DNA of 64,000 nt from Eledone cirrhosa (GCA_964016885.1 OZ024741.1:69750001-69814000), one strand, 5' to 3'. Counted from the first letter of the stretch, positions 1 to 14,007 are shown. Notes: generated by a model from the sequence alone, not told the origin. Numbers and translations: made by a program.

Positions 1-843
1 GGGCTGAGAACAGAGCCCTGATGGACGCCAACTTTTACGCTAAACTCTTCACTATATTCGTTGTTAATTCTAACCTTGCTGACTGTTTCTTTATACATGG
101 CTTGTATAGCCCTCACAAGCCATTCGTCAACGCCTAGTTTTCTAAGAGCCCACCAGATAATGGAGCGGGGAACTCTGTCGAAGGCTTTCTCCAAGTCGAC
201 AAAAGCTAAGTAGAGGGGTTTACCTTTAGCTAGGTACTTCTCCTGTAGTTGTCGTACTATGAAAAGAGCGTCTGTGGTACTTTTGCCTGACACAAACCCG
301 AACTGCATTTCATCTAGGTCAATTCTCTCTCTGATTAGTTGCGCTATTACTTTTTCTGTGACCTTCATGACCTGGTCGATTAATTTAATGCCTCTATAGT
401 TACTCCTATCTAGGGCGTCTCCTTTACCCTTATAACAGTTAAAGATGATGCTGCTATGCCAGTCCTTCGGAACAACCCCATTCTGTACGACTTGGTTAAC
501 TATGCGGGTGACCATGGTGTGTCCCACCGTGCCAGATGCCTTCAGCATCTCAGCAACTATTTCCGAAGGCCCAGCCGCCTTACCCGTCTTCTTATCCTTG
601 ATTGCCTTACTTATTATACTCCCCTCGACTAACACTGCTGGTCCCTCTATTGGGTCGATATGGGGGAGACTGTCTTTCTCCCATTTATTCTCCTCATTTA
701 GTAGCCTTTCATAGTGACACTTCCAAGCTACCTTCTTATCAGCGTCGGTGATGGCAAGTATGCCATCATCGTTAAGTACACACTTCTCCCCGACAATATC
801 ACGGTTTTCCTTGACGCATTGCCTAGCAATCCTGAACACCTCA
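1..843 (-). mobile_element. RTE LINE fragment (pre-RT linker and RT N-terminal half), running off the window start
   Basis: Minus strand encodes EVFRIARQCV, GPSEIVAEMLKASG, KGKGDALDRSNYRGIKL, AFVDLEKAFDRVP and GVHQGSVLS, homologous to the 42281 ORF, with at least one frameshift. Confidence 0.9.
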
Positions 844-1084
844 ATATATGTATGTATTTTTTCTCGCGAGTCAGTTCTTTTGTTGCTACGGTCCCCGCGG
901 CTGAATTACCGGTCGCTATCTTCAATTTGCAAAGCCCTTTAAACTGTATGTTATTACTCTAAGGTTTTATACCTGATCGAGTGCTTCGCTGCACTTCTGA
1001 ATGCATTCGTCGGCTTAGCTGCGGCTCGAGCTTCGAATATGCTGTACTTCCATTTGTATATATATATATATACATATATAGACC

Positions 1085-3515
1085 TCATCAAACTTGTCGA
1101 TTAGCATCCATCATTCATGGGTTGGGTGGATTGACCCTTGTTTAGCTCACCTGGGGCAGATTTTGGCTTGGTTTCTACAGCTACATGGCCACATTACAGT
1201 GTGGACTGGGCACTTTTTGTCGTGTCACCTACACAACCACTTTACAGTGTGGACTGGGCACCTTTGTCATGTCACCGACATGACCACTTTACAGTGGGGC
1301 CTGGGCACTTTTGTCTTGAGACTAGGGAGGGGGAAGAAGCTTGGGGGAAAATGTGGACAAGGTAGTAAGGGAGGTAAGGTTACCAATAAGGGGGGTGAAT
1401 GAGAGGGGATAGAAGGTTGAGAAAGGTGTTGCCTACTAGGTATAAGCCTCAGCATGAGAATAATAGATGGCGGATCTTCGGTAAAACTGCATAGTGCCAG
1501 AGGTCACGGTCCTGTGTCATTTCCTTTGAGAAGTGTAATTGTGCAAGGTCAGCTTTTATTACCTTATCCCAAGTCTTCCTAGGCATGCACACACCACGGC
1601 TACCATCGACTTTAAGCGCCCTGCACCTTATTATACAGCTGTCATACTTTATACGCATCACATGCCCATACCAACACAATCTCCTCTCCTGCATGCAACA
1701 ACTGATTCCTCTTATGCCTGACTTCTTACACAGTATATTTATACTTTGCTGTTCACGTATATTGCTATTGCACATCCAGCAAAGCATGGAGGCTTCATTT
1801 CTTTCCAATCTTCGCAGGTCCTCAGCACACAGTGCCCAGGTCTCGCTGCCGTGCAACATTGTTGTTCGTATACATGCATCATACAGTCTGCCTTTCATTT
1901 TGAAGGAAAAACCTTTTGTAATTAGTAACGGTTGTAGCTTCTTGAATTTTCTCCAACCCGATCTCACTCTGGTTACTGTGCTTTCAGAATACCCTCCTCC
2001 ACTACCTATTTGGTCACCCAGGTAACGGAAACTATCTACCACTTCAACTGAGCCCTCTGAGTATTTGAAGGTGGTTGTATCCTGAGGGTTCTTGCTACTT
2101 ACTGCCCCTGTGCACCTGCCACAAGTAAAACCTACATTCTTTGTTAGCCTGCCTGAGATCCCACTACATCTCCTGCATGCCTATTGCTTGCAATTGGTAC
2201 ACAGAATGGAATTTCTACCTACTCCCTTTCACACTGAGCAGGGCCATTTCCCTGGGGGAGATCTGGGCCCTGTTATCCCTTCTACTTACTAGGACTTTAG
2301 TCTTTGCTAGGTTGACTTTAAGACCTGTAGATTCTAGGCCTTGCTTCCGGGTTTGGAATTTCCACTCTAGTTCAGCTATGGGTTCGGCTATTAGGGTTAG
2401 GTCATCATCATACAGAAGTTCCCATGGGCAGCTGGTCTTAAACTCCTCCGTTATTGCCTGCAGAATGATAATAAACAGTCATTGTTAAATTTAACCTTAC
2501 TGGCTGTTCTTCTATACATTGCTTGAATTGCCTCACAAGCCATTTCTCAACTCCTAGTTTCCTAAGAGCCCTCCAGATAATGGAATGGGGGACTCTGTCG
2601 AAAGCTTTCTCAAGGTCCACAAAAGCCAGGTAAAGGTGTTTACACTTAGCTAGGTACTTCTACAGTTGTCTTACAAGGAAGAGGGTATCTGTGGTACTCT
2701 TACCTGGGACAAATCCAAACTGCATCTTATCTATGTTAACATGTTCTCTAATCAGCCTCATCTTTCAATGACCTTCATAACCTAGTCAACCAACTTAATA
2801 CCTCTATTGTTCTCTCTATCTAGGGCATCTCCTTTGCCCTTGTAGCATTTTATGATGATGCTACACCAGTCATTGGGATATGACATCATTTTATATGACT
2901 AGGTTAACAATGCGGGAGACTATGGTGTGGACCACCACACCTGAAGTTTTCAGCATTTCAGCAACTATCCCTGAGGGACCAGCTGCCCTGCCTGACTTCA
3001 TATCCTTGATTGCCTTACTTACTATACTACCGCTAACTTTGGGTCGACATGTGACATACCGTGTTTATCCCATGCATTCTGCTCATTCAGTAATCTTTCA
3101 TAGTGGTACTTCCATGTTACTTTCTTTTCAGTGTCAGTGAGGGCAAGTTTGCCAAAGTCATTTCTGACACAGTTCTCTCTACCGTCATCACAATTTTCCC
3201 TGACACACTGTCTAGAGATCCTGAACACCTCACGTCTTTGACCCTCATTCTGCAAAACATGTTTACATTTTTTGTTTTCTGCTTCCCTTCTAGCAAGGTA
3301 AATTTGTTGCCTAGCTTCTCTCCTAGCCTTCTGGTAAACTTCCCTGCCACCCCCATTACGCCAATCTTTCAAAGCCTGTCCTCTGACCTTAATTGTATCA
3401 TCTACTTTACTATTTAACCATCAAGTCACTCTCTGTCTCCCTAGAGACCTACTCCAACCACAGATTGCATCTGTCGCCTTCGCTAGGTTATCTTTCATAG
3501 AGCCAGTCTTTTTGT
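1085..3515 (-). mobile_element. 5'-truncated, degenerate RTE LINE with its 3' tail
   Basis: ORFs 3022-3372, 2438-2620 and 1449-2042 are collinear pieces of the RTE ORF (EVFRISRQCV, DLEKAFDRVP, FRYLGD..HGSETW..WYGHVMR). A C-rich spacer and ~46-bp repeat tail follow at about 1085-1320. Confidence 0.9.
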
Positions 3516-5362
3516 ATGTCTGGAAGTCCAGACATACATATGTATGTATATATATATATGTGTATAGTCTATATGTGATCATATATTTAGGGTAGATATA
3601 GATGGTGAATAGACTGGTTGGAGCAATAACGGTCATGTTTGCATATATATATATAATATATATATATTACCCACTCTACTACCCAAAGTATCGAGTACTC
3701 TGGTGTGTTATGGTCCACCTGGTTCCTTACCACACTTCCTTCGTTATATATATATTAAATATGTGTACATGTGTGTGCATATATATATCATCATCATCAA
3801 TTAAGGTCTTAATTAAGGTCTATCTTCCACACTAGCATGGGTTAGACGGGTTTGTCCCATTTAGAGCAAGTTGGGTTGAGTGACCATGTCTCACTCATAT
3901 AGGAGTGTTTTCTGTATGTGTGTAGATATGTAGATATACCAGACAATCTTCTGTCTTGTATTACTATTTTTCTTACAGAATTGACAGAACTAGTTTTTTA
4001 AAATTCCTTTGATTATATTAGATTACGTCTGCTTCTGTAATAAATGCCTCAAGGCATTTGCATATTTTTTATATATGTATGGTGTATGCCTGTTATTTAA
4101 TGCCATATCCTTATATTAGTTACATTTGCATCTATGATGTTTAATAAGAATGTTAAATCTCTCATGAAGACTGCTACTTATTTTATCCATTTTGTAAAGT
4201 TTAAAGGAAAAGTCGACCTTGTGGAAATTTGAATTTAGAAGTAAAAGATATGACTGTATACAACAAATATTTTGTCCAACTCTTCAGCAGTTCTGTCGAT
4301 CCATGTAAGTCCCTGTTCAAACTGACTCCATGACCACAGGCATTTTTTTCATTTGGGGCCAGAACTCTACCAATTCTACAAAGCTAAATAAGTACTTCCT
4401 GAGCATGGCTGTAGTTTGAGTGAAATTAATAAAAGAACAGTGATCATGCTAAAGTTGGTGCCACCATAAAATGCACCCAGTACACTCTGTAATGGGGCAG
4501 TGCTGGTGCTATGATAAAATGCATCTAATACACTCTATAATAGGGCGGTGGTGGTGCTATGCTAAAATGCATCCAATAAGAGTAATGTTGATGACAAAAA
4601 TGCATCCAATACAATCTGTAATGGGGCAGTGCTGGTGCCATGATAAATTGCATCCACCTCATTCTATTAAGTGATAATGTTAGTACCACAATAAAATGCA
4701 TGCATCTCACTGAAAAGAGGTTTGCATTAAGAAGAGCATTCAGCCATAGGAACCATGCCAAAATGGAACATAGCATCAAAATAGGGTCATTTGATCTGTC
4801 TAGTATCAGAATGCGACAACCCATCGAACCCATACCAGCATGGAAAATGCTCCTTAGTAGCTATTGTCAACATCACTATGTCCCCCTCCTCATCTATCCA
4901 GGATAACTCCCACTCTTTTTAAGTTTAATTACACCAGTCATAGCTCTTTAGTAACTATTCTCATCACTGCACCCTCACTCTATCTGAAATCTGTTCTCAT
5001 CCCTTCTCTGCTCTTACATCATCCATTTAAACCCCACCACACTTACAGTGCGCCCATAACATCATACTTATCCATCTTTTTCTTCCATCATACACTCCTC
5101 CAAATACAGCTCACTTGGGACAAGTCTCCATGCCCCCTTTATATGGTAGAAAGAGCTCTTCAATGGAATCAGTGACTGACAATGTCCCTAGTGTTGGTGC
5201 CATGATAAAACACACCCACTACCCTCTGTAAAGGGGTTGGTTTTCAGAATGTTTTCCAGCCATAGAAACAGTACCAAAAGGGTTGAGAAGACCTTCCAGT
5301 TACTGCACAGAAACTTTTCTAGTTGGTGCCATGATAAAATGCACTCAGTACATTCTATAGAG

Positions 5363-5661
5363 CAGTGGTCTGCAACCTTTTTTATACCACAAACAGGCCT
5401 CATGTCGGACAATATTTCCACAGACCGGTAGTTGCATATATGTATTATTTAAGTGCAGTTCGATAAAGAGAGCAATAATAAAAAGAGCAATTTATTAAAG
5501 TAGATGAATATTGAATATTTAAACAAATATTTTAAAATTAAAGTCCAATATTCAATTTATCTATTATATAATTTTAAACATGTTAATTATTTCTTTGCGG
5601 CCTGCTAGCAAATGATCCACAGACCGGTACCGGTCCGTGGCCTGATGGTTGGGGACCTCTG
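5363..5661. mobile_element. hAT/Charlie-like MITE
   Basis: TIRs cagtggtctgcaacc / ggttggggacctctg. 8-bp TSD ctatagag (5355-5362) / ctacagag (5662-5669). Confidence 0.8.
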
Positions 5662-6439
5662 CTACAGAGTACCAGAACGTATGAGCATGAAGTCACTCTG
5701 ACTCATCTAATCTTGGACCATGACAATCCATGTCAGCATCATCACCATTCACTAACTATTTTCCATGCAATTGAGAAGGATGAATATAGTTTTTCATGAA
5801 GAATGAAACTCAAATCAAGCTGTTCATTGCTTTTAATCTATTGAGAAATAAGTAAATAGGACACATTTACATGACTAAACATTACAAAAATGTGTGTTTT
5901 TTCATACACATTTCTTGCAGCTTCAGTAAAAGACCTGTACTGTTTGTACTCATCATCATCATCGTCTAACGTCCATTTTCGATGCTAGCACGGGTAGGAC
6001 AGGCTGCTCTCTTGTTAGAGATAAGGGTTGAAGGACCGTATTTCATGCACACAGAACTGATTTTGGCTTGGTTTCTACAGCTGGATGCCCTTCCTAATGC
6101 CAAACACATTTACAGTGTGTGCTGAGTGCTTTTTGTTGTGAAACATACACGATCACTTTATAGTGTGGGCTGGGCACTTTTTGTCATGTCGCCACCTTGA
6201 CCACTTTACAGTGTGGGCTGTACTGATATGAGTATATATATATATCATCATCATCATCATTTTACGTCCGCTTTTTCCCTGCTTGCAAGGGTGGGATGGG
6301 AACTGATTCTGGCTTGATTTCTACAGCTGGATGCCCTTCCTAACACCAACCTCATTTACAGTGAGTACTGGGTGCTTTTTTTTTGCTGTGGCACCTCCAC
6401 GACCACGTTGCAGAGGAATGATATGGACCCCAGTCCCTA

Positions 6440-6584
6440 TCACCTCATTTCTACAGCTGAGTAAACTGGAGCAATGTGAAATAAAGTGTCTTGCTCAAGG
6501 AAATAACACATCACCTGGTCTGAGAATTGAACTCGCAACCTTTCGATTGCAAGGCCAATGCTCTAACCACTAAGCCATGTGCCT

Positions 6585-6587
<3 letters not shown>
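6440..6587 (-). mobile_element. Second tRNA-derived SINE family (CORE/V-like body)
   Basis: Minus strand ggaggcacatggcttagtggttagagc..gagttcaattc followed by ccttgagcaagacactttatttcacattgctcc. Related copy at about 28510-28630. Confidence 0.7.
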
Positions 6588-6639
<52 letters not shown>

Positions 6640-6832
6640 CCACACTAAATATGGTTGGTGTTAGGAAGGGCATCCAGCTGTAAAATACCTGGTCAAATTT
6701 ACAGTCCTCGTTGGAGTAAGGTATGGCGTGGCCAACTCTGGCCAAATTTGCCTCCCGACGTGGACGACCTGTCTAACCTGTGCAAGCATGGAAAAATGGA
6801 TGCTAAACAGTGATGATGATGATATATATATT

Positions 6833-7131
6833 CAGTAGAACCACTGTACATGAATGCCTCTCATCACAAACAAATCAGTTTACAAACAACTTTTCGGAAC
6901 ATAAAATGTCTCGGGTGACAAATGGTGTCTCGACTAACAAACACGCAAGCCGGCAACAATCTGGTAATATTGGCGGGAAAAAGTTACTTTCTGTGTAGTT
7001 AGTTACTATGGTGATATTTATGTATTTTCCTCTCAACATTTCTTATGGGAAAAATAGTTTTGGTTTACAAACATTTTGGTTGACAAATGGCTTTCAGGAA
7101 TGAACTAAGTTTGTGAACCAAGCTTCCACTG
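6833..7131. mobile_element. Tigger/pogo-like MITE
   Basis: Ends cagtagaacc / gcttccactg-ta. The body matches the element starting at 63512. Confidence 0.7.
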
Positions 7132-7139
7132 TATAATAT

Positions 7140-7560
7140 ATATACAACAACAAGAAGCATCTTAAAGCTATCTTTCCTGCTAAAGTAGATATTAGTCCTG
7201 TGGACCCCACTCACCAACAAGCTGGCTTTCATTTCTTTTTCCATCCTTTTTAGACATCTTTCTTGGTCTTCCTCTTCTTCTACTTCCTTCCATATTCATT
7301 TCTATCATGTCTTTCACCCAATCACTTTCATCCTTCCACAACACATGACCCAACCATCTCATTCCATTTTTCTCAACATTCATCACTGGTTCCATTCTCA
7401 TCATCCCCAGCAATTCAGGGTTTGTCTTCCTATCTTTCAGCTATACTCCTCTAATCCATCAGTCCATTCTTATATCTGTTCTTTCCAACATTTTTTGTTG
7501 CTCCATGTTCACAAGTCATGTATCACTCCCTTACACATGGAGTACATGTATATAAGTTTA
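7140..7560 (-). mobile_element. RTE LINE 3' fragment
   Basis: ORF 7192-7413 contains MRWLGHVL..GSRRRGRPRK, the RTE C-terminal signature. Confidence 0.7.
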
Positions 7561-8396
7561 TCTTCTTCCTTCTGGAATTAAGTGTTACAGATTGACATCT
7601 CAGCTCCACCGCAAACTCTAAAATACTTCCACCCTCTGCAGTCTTCACTCTTTACTCATAACCCCCATGGACTCCCTTAAAACCATCCATGCTCTTTCCC
7701 ACATCTCCATTCAAATCCTCTCCTATCACAACAGCTTCCTTGTCTTTCTTGTTTTCAATCATCTTCTCCGTTGCACACTAAAATTTGTCTTTCTCTTTGG
7801 TACTCTAACCTTCTTTTGGGTCATATCCTGAGATGATGTTCACCAAGAACTTTCTAATCAACAGTTTCCCTATCAACTGTTCACTCACTCTAGTAATACT
7901 CACCATACTGTCTAATAACTCTACAGAAATCAAGACACCAACACCATCCCCATCTTCCAGACATCCCTGCTACACAAACTCGTACATCTTTCCTTATCTT
8001 CACCTCATAATTTCATTTTGATCTTGTCTCCTGCACACAATATAATTCCACACTTCTTTTATTCACCACTTCTCAAGATCTCCTTGTCAACATCCCTAGA
8101 TTCAATGTCACAAACCTCATTTACCGGTCTCCACATGGAACATCAGGCACCTGGCCATCATAAATGGATTGAACTTCTCTTCTTTTAATCAGGTGCCCCA
8201 TCTTGAGTTTTGACAAGAGGGGTGTGGATACCTTCATGAGGTATTTTAGGCTGTACCCTACCATTATGTTGTTATACTTGCCATGGGGTCCTTATTAAGG
8301 CATTGTTTTATGGCCAGATGCCTTTCCTGGCACCAACTCTTTTAGTTGTCATCTATGACACACAATTAGGGTATTCCTATTCTAAACTGGATACAC

Positions 8397-8430
<34 letters not shown>

Positions 8431-9158
8431 CATCATCATCATCATCATCATCACCACCGTTTAACGTCCATTTTCCATGATTGCATGGGTCAGATTGGTT
8501 GTCCGTATGATCAGACTGGTCGTCAAGAGACAAGTCTGACCAGGATTGGCCATGCAATACCTTGTACTGATGGGATTGTAAATTTGGCTGGGGTTTTTAC
8601 AGCTGGATGCCCTTCCTAACACCAACCATATTTACAGTGTGTGACCATTTACAGAGAGGTATATATAGGAAAGGTATCCAGCTGTAGAAACCTAGTCAAA
8701 AATAGTTCTATATGAGCAAGACAGTCACCTAACCCAACTTGCCTCAAATAGGACAACCTGTCTAACCCATGCTAGCGTGGAAAGTGGACTTTAAATGATG
8801 ATGATGATGATGATATATAATGTATAATTATATATAAATACACTAATATGTTATCTGGGACTTATAACTCAATGTCATGTGAATAAGAATATCACATTGA
8901 AAAACAAGATGAAGTCTGTTTTTGTGGAATATCGTATCTTATTATTTGTTGATGAGTATTCAAAGAATACAGATATATAGGTTGAACAATGGAAACAGAA
9001 AACACAGGTTTCCGTGATTAATTAATTCATAATTTTATTATCGTTTCAAAAGGTGAAATGAACCATGATAATATTGATAATCAATATCTATTATAACGTG
9101 CATAGCTCAGAGATCAGAGTAACTCCAGGTATAGCCAAAGTAGGTATAGCCAGGTATA

Positions 9159-9472
9159 GACAAAGCATAAAGGAATTGAGAGAGAGATTGAGCATAAGAG
9201 GAATCAAATGCTGCGTGCAGGAGAGGCGGTTACGCTGGTATGGACATGTGATGCGTATGAAGGATGACAGCTGCATAAAAAGGTGCAGAGCACTAGAAGT
9301 TGATGGAAACCGCGGAGTGGGGAGACCCAACATGACTTGGGATGATAAAAGCCGACCTTACCCAACTACACCTCTCAAAGTCAATGACACACGACCGTGA
9401 CTTCTGGCGTCACGCAGTAATACAGGGTACCCGACCTCCCATGGGTACATGCTGAAGCATATAAACAATATG
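9159..9472 (+). mobile_element. Young RTE fragment nearly identical to 45099-45417
   Basis: By-eye alignment shows 2 substitutions and one 5-bp deletion relative to the end of the intact ORF. Confidence 0.92.
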
Positions 9473-9846
9473 GGCATGTGGTTAGAATGTCTCTGGAAAG
9501 AATTGCTGGACAGATTTGTAGCTCGGAGATCAGAGAGTAACTCCAGGTAGAGCTGTCACGTCTCCAAATTGAGAGATCACAGCTCTGATACTATATTAAT
9601 GTGGTTAGAATATCTGAGGAAAGTATCGCTGAACAGAATTTATGGGCAAAAAGCAACCGGCAGGAGACCCAGGAGTAGACCCCGAGCAAGATGGTTGGAT
9701 AACATCCATGAGCTTGGCTGGTCTCGCTTGGGGATCTAGCCAGATCAATTGGAGAAAGTTGCTTCTGACAAGACCTGCTGGAAGGCATGCTTGAGGACTC
9801 TGCCTCCACAACCCTCTCAAGAATAAGTAGGTGAAGAAGAAGAAGA
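9473..9846 (+). mobile_element. Older RTE (Expander/Rex3-like) 3' fragments with (GAA)n tail
   Basis: Degenerate reading YGHVVRM..., IERSQL, GRRPRSRPRARWLDNI..LGWSRLGI, ending gaagaagaagaag. A left-hand piece of the same family lies at about 9094-9136. Confidence 0.65.
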
Positions 9847-10007
9847 ATTCTTTAGTATTAGCCTTGTTAAAATACGTCAATCTCACTGTTTATCTTCAGA
9901 AACTGTCAATATATCAATATTATCGTAGCTCATGTCATCCTTTGAAACGATTGTAAATCGTTAATTTATCACTGAACCCCACCTTTTGTGTTTTCATTGT
10001 TCAACCT

Positions 10008-10342
10008 ATATGTGTGTGCGTGTGTTTATATGTGTGTGTGTATGTGTGTGTTTATATGTGTGTTTATGTGTGTTTATATGTGTGTGTATATGTGTATATA
10101 TATATGTGTGTGTGTGTATATATATGTGTATAGATATATGTGTGTGTGTGTATATATGTGTATATATATATGTGTGTGTGTGTATATATATGTGTATATA
10201 TATATGTGTGTGTGTATATATATATGTGTATATATATATATGTGTGTGTGTATATATATATGTGTGTGTGTATATATATATGTGTATATATATATATATG
10301 TGTGTGTGTATATATATGTGTGTATATATATATATATGTGTG

Positions 10343-10384
<42 letters not shown>

Positions 10385-10430
10385 TATACATATATATGCA
10401 TATATATACATGCCTACATGCACATATATG
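10008..10430. repeat. Compound (GT)n/(AT)n microsatellite
   Basis: Directly visible. It explains the VCVYI/HTHIY ORFs. Confidence 0.95.
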
Positions 10431-11257
10431 TCTTTAAAGTTTAATATTTTATTATTATCCCGCCGAGGTTGACTTTGCCTTTCATCCTTATGGGGTCGAT
10501 AAAATAAAGTACCAGTAATGCACTGGGTAATTGCTGGCCTTGTGCCTAAAGTAGAAACAATTATCATTATTTTGTCTGGTTGATATAAACATTCAGTAAC
10601 TTAATAAATCAATACTTGCTGTAGAAAAGTTGTTTGTTGAAGGTGTTTCTCCATCTGCAGATACAAACATATAAGCTTTTATGTTTTATCATACTGCTGA
10701 ATCTGTTGTGCTTGCCTACTTCTTGATTTTGTAAGGTAGTTGTTGATTTATAGCTTAATTTTTGAGAACTATAAAAATGGAAGGTAACTTGTAAAATGAA
10801 AAAAAGTTTGAGGTTGAGATATAGCAAGAAATATTATATGATAATATTACTAAAGGATAAATTAGTAATGTAATATGACACTAGAGTAGAATTTATTAAA
10901 ATCAGTAGTATCATCCCTCTCTTTTCTCATGAAAACATTCTGACTGAGTAGGAAATTTAGAATGTTAATGGGTTTTTTTAACTAGAATTGTTTTCAATAC
11001 ACTGACATGTGTGTGTATGTGCATATGCATACATTTATATGTATGAGTATATAAATATAAACACAAACACAGACACACTTACAAAAATACTCGCTTACTG
11101 ACATACATTCACACAAATACACACATACATTCACACAGCATATCAAATGGAACGCCAGCTTCTATAGTTTTTCACCATCCCTTTCCTTTCTTTTTTCACG
11201 CACATACATTCATACGCACACACACACATTATGTGACAGAGGGAAGTCATTCAGATT

Positions 11258-11288
<31 letters not shown>

Positions 11289-11729
11289 AAATGGGGAGAA
11301 GAATACTGCAGGTTGCACATGGATAACATGTAATAAAATGAGTCCCTCATCAGTGATTTGCCGACGATTATAGATATTTCATTGCATTAAAAATCATATA
11401 CCTCACGTCGGTGCAATAATAACTAAATTAAGTTATTAGGACAATTAAAACGCGTAAAGCGAGTGAGACATATATATATATATATATATATATATTGACA
11501 GTCGATCGACAAGATCCCAGACCTTATTTCTTATGTATGATTTCACGTTCCATTGAATGCTCAGGAGAGGTTGTCATGCCTTTGACACAACTGAGGGTCC
11601 TCCTGACCCTTTGTCTGACAAGTTTTCTAGGGGTGGATGCCATTCCTATCACCAACCACTTTACAGCTTGTACTATGTGCGTAGATCACCAACACTCGGG
11701 AGGCTATCATATTCATGACATCACTGAGG

Positions 11730-11770
<41 letters not shown>

Positions 11771-12479
11771 TATTTTGTTTGACCCGTTTAGCTTGTTCGC
11801 TTTTTTGGCTATGGTGGTTAATGGCTTCTTAACCATCGTCTCAGCGTGTATGACCATTTTAACTTATGTTTATAGCTCTGGTATCTTCTTCATATCCATG
11901 GAGCGCTTGTCTGCACAATATGGAAGTTGCGTTTCGCTAATTTCTACCCACCGAAATGCGATTCTCGCTAAATTTATATTTACATTTGTATTTATTTATA
12001 TATATATACTAGTGCCATGAAAAAAATACCCATTCTAAATACCCATTTAGAGAGAGAATTCCCTTGTTGCTAGTAGAAGTTATAAATAACTTTCTGAGAT
12101 TTTTCCACTGTAACTATTATACTTTTGGAATATCCCTTTCATTTCTGATTTGGTTTCCTATGTAATATAGAAGCTATCAACTAAAGTTTGGCAGCCCCTA
12201 GTGCATTTGAAAGAATTTATTTTATGGTGGCGCTTACTGCTAATTATTCCTGCTGCATATTTGCTACATAAAAAGTCTTTTGTCAGCCTGCCTGTAATCT
12301 CTCTATATCTCTTGTGGCCTCAGTTTATATTACACGGACTGAAGTGTTGCCAATTTAGCTATTTTCCAGCTAGATCTAGCTAATTTTAATCCTTTCATTC
12401 CCATATTTCTTATGAAAGACACTGTCTATAATTTTTAAATCATTTTGAAAATAATAAAGAATTTGGAGGGACTTAGTAA

Positions 12480-12750
12480 TATAAGTACACCATATTGAAC
12501 AACATTGGCTGGTGCAGCAGGTATGACTGGCCGTTTTCAGCAGGAATGCTCCCACCATCTTGTCCACAGGGCACAGCTGAAATATATACCTTCCTGCCAA
12601 GAGTGTTGAGCAGGTATGGGCAATATTTGTTGAACTGTGGACCACATGAGTTATGGCTCATCATAAAGCGAGCTGTGCTACTGAAAAGATTCAGAAAATG
12701 AAACAGGCTATACCTTGTCCATGACTCGTATAGACTTGACCTCCTCATCA
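12480..12750 (+). pseudogene. Possible Tc1-type transposase relic
   Basis: Frameshifted gactggccgttttcagcaggaatgctcccacc resembles W.FQQDNAP.H, and ELWLIIKRAV resembles ENLW..LKR.V. Very degenerate. Confidence 0.35.
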
Positions 12751-12954
12751 TTTCTTCCCAAACTTTTTTTCTTTAAGCTTTTTCTTATTTTCTCTATTTG
12801 TCATGATATGTTCTTTAGAGAAAAAAACAGAAAGAAATAGTTATATACACAAAAAGAAGAAAAAGATAAGGAAATTAAGTGAGTTAAGTGAAAAATGCCA
12901 AAAATGTGAGTTGAGAAAAATATCTGAAACTTAAATCTATAAAATGAGTTACAA

Positions 12955-13270
12955 ATGTAGTAATGGGAATGACAGTAATATTAGTGGTAGTAGTAATGTT
13001 AGGGGTAGTGGGTATTGTGGTAATGATACTACTACTAGTGGTTGTAGTAGTAGTAGCAGCAGTAGTGGTAACAATAGTAATAGTTCCAACAGTAGTAGTA
13101 GCAGTAGTGGTAACAGTAGTAGTAGTAGTGATGATGGAGGTAATAGTAGTAGTAGTAACAGTAGTGGTAGTAGTGGTGGTGGTGGTAATAGTAGTAACAG
13201 TAGTAATAGTAGTGGTGGTGGTAATAGTAACAGTAGTAGTGGTAATAATAATGATAACTGTAGTAATGAA
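12955..13270. repeat. Cryptic (AGT/GGT/AAT)n trinucleotide tract
   Basis: Directly visible. It explains the poly-Ser/Val/Tyr ORFs. Confidence 0.9.
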
Positions 13271-13786
13271 GTACTCTCACATCAGCAGTAACAAGTTGGC
13301 AAGTTTTAAAAAAAAGATTTAAACAAAAAATATAAATAAAAAACTCAAGTCTAATTTTAGTTTCCCTGATTTGTATCACTGCTACCATAGATTACTACAG
13401 TTTCTACAATCACTATGGCAACTACCTACCTATCACTAACGAAGGAAGAAGCTGCTGGGAAAAGATTAAAGCCTTCAGAAAGTGTTCCCTATTAATTTCA
13501 TGAAAAAAAAATTGGTTAAGACAGAAGAATGGAAGATAGCCAAATGCTGGGACTTGACAGAATGTTTCTTGTTGTATGTCTTCAGTCCCTGAACTGCTGT
13601 TTCCCTCCATGAAATTGGGAGGGGAGTGCATTTTGTCTGAGGCAAGAGCCCCATGAGGTGGAGTGGTTCATACAGCACGTGTCGCTGGCTGTTTTCCGCA
13701 GTAATCCTTTTTCTATTTTGTCTGGCATTTTAAAAAACCTGGTGGAGTTCATTCTTCTCCAGGTGAGAACACAGCCAATTTCTTAA

Positions 13787-14007
13787 CCCTTTAGCATTTA
13801 AACCAGCCATATCTGGCCAGAGTTCTCTCACCTCTTTCTGTTCAAACTGGTCGTAACCAGCTGCTCATACTGACGTTAAGATATTGTTCTCAAAATGAAT
13901 AACATCAAAATCTCGTAGATTCGATATTGTGTGAGATAATTATGTAAGGTAAAAACTTTACCGCAAAAATATGATAGTATATATAGAATAATGTAAATGT
14001 TAAAGGG
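13787..14007. mobile_element. piggyBac-like (TTAA) MITE, family A
   Basis: ttaa|ccctttagcattta ... taaatgttaaaggg|tta. Other copies at 16386-16602 and 18461-18641 (inverted), partial copies at about 34550-34646 and 47379-47527. Confidence 0.8.

Noticed and set aside
6510-6587. tRNA-like sequence with A and B boxes
   Set aside because: It continues into a SINE body and recurs in degenerate form, so it is a SINE head rather than a tRNA gene.
11715-12020. Hydrophobic ORF as a candidate C1GALT1 transmembrane exon
   Set aside because: It starts in a (TA)n repeat and has no T-synthase stem similarity or suitable phase-1 donor.
12944-13388. Poly-Ser, poly-Val and poly-Tyr ORFs
   Set aside because: Translations of an (AGT)n-type microsatellite, with no splice or homology support.
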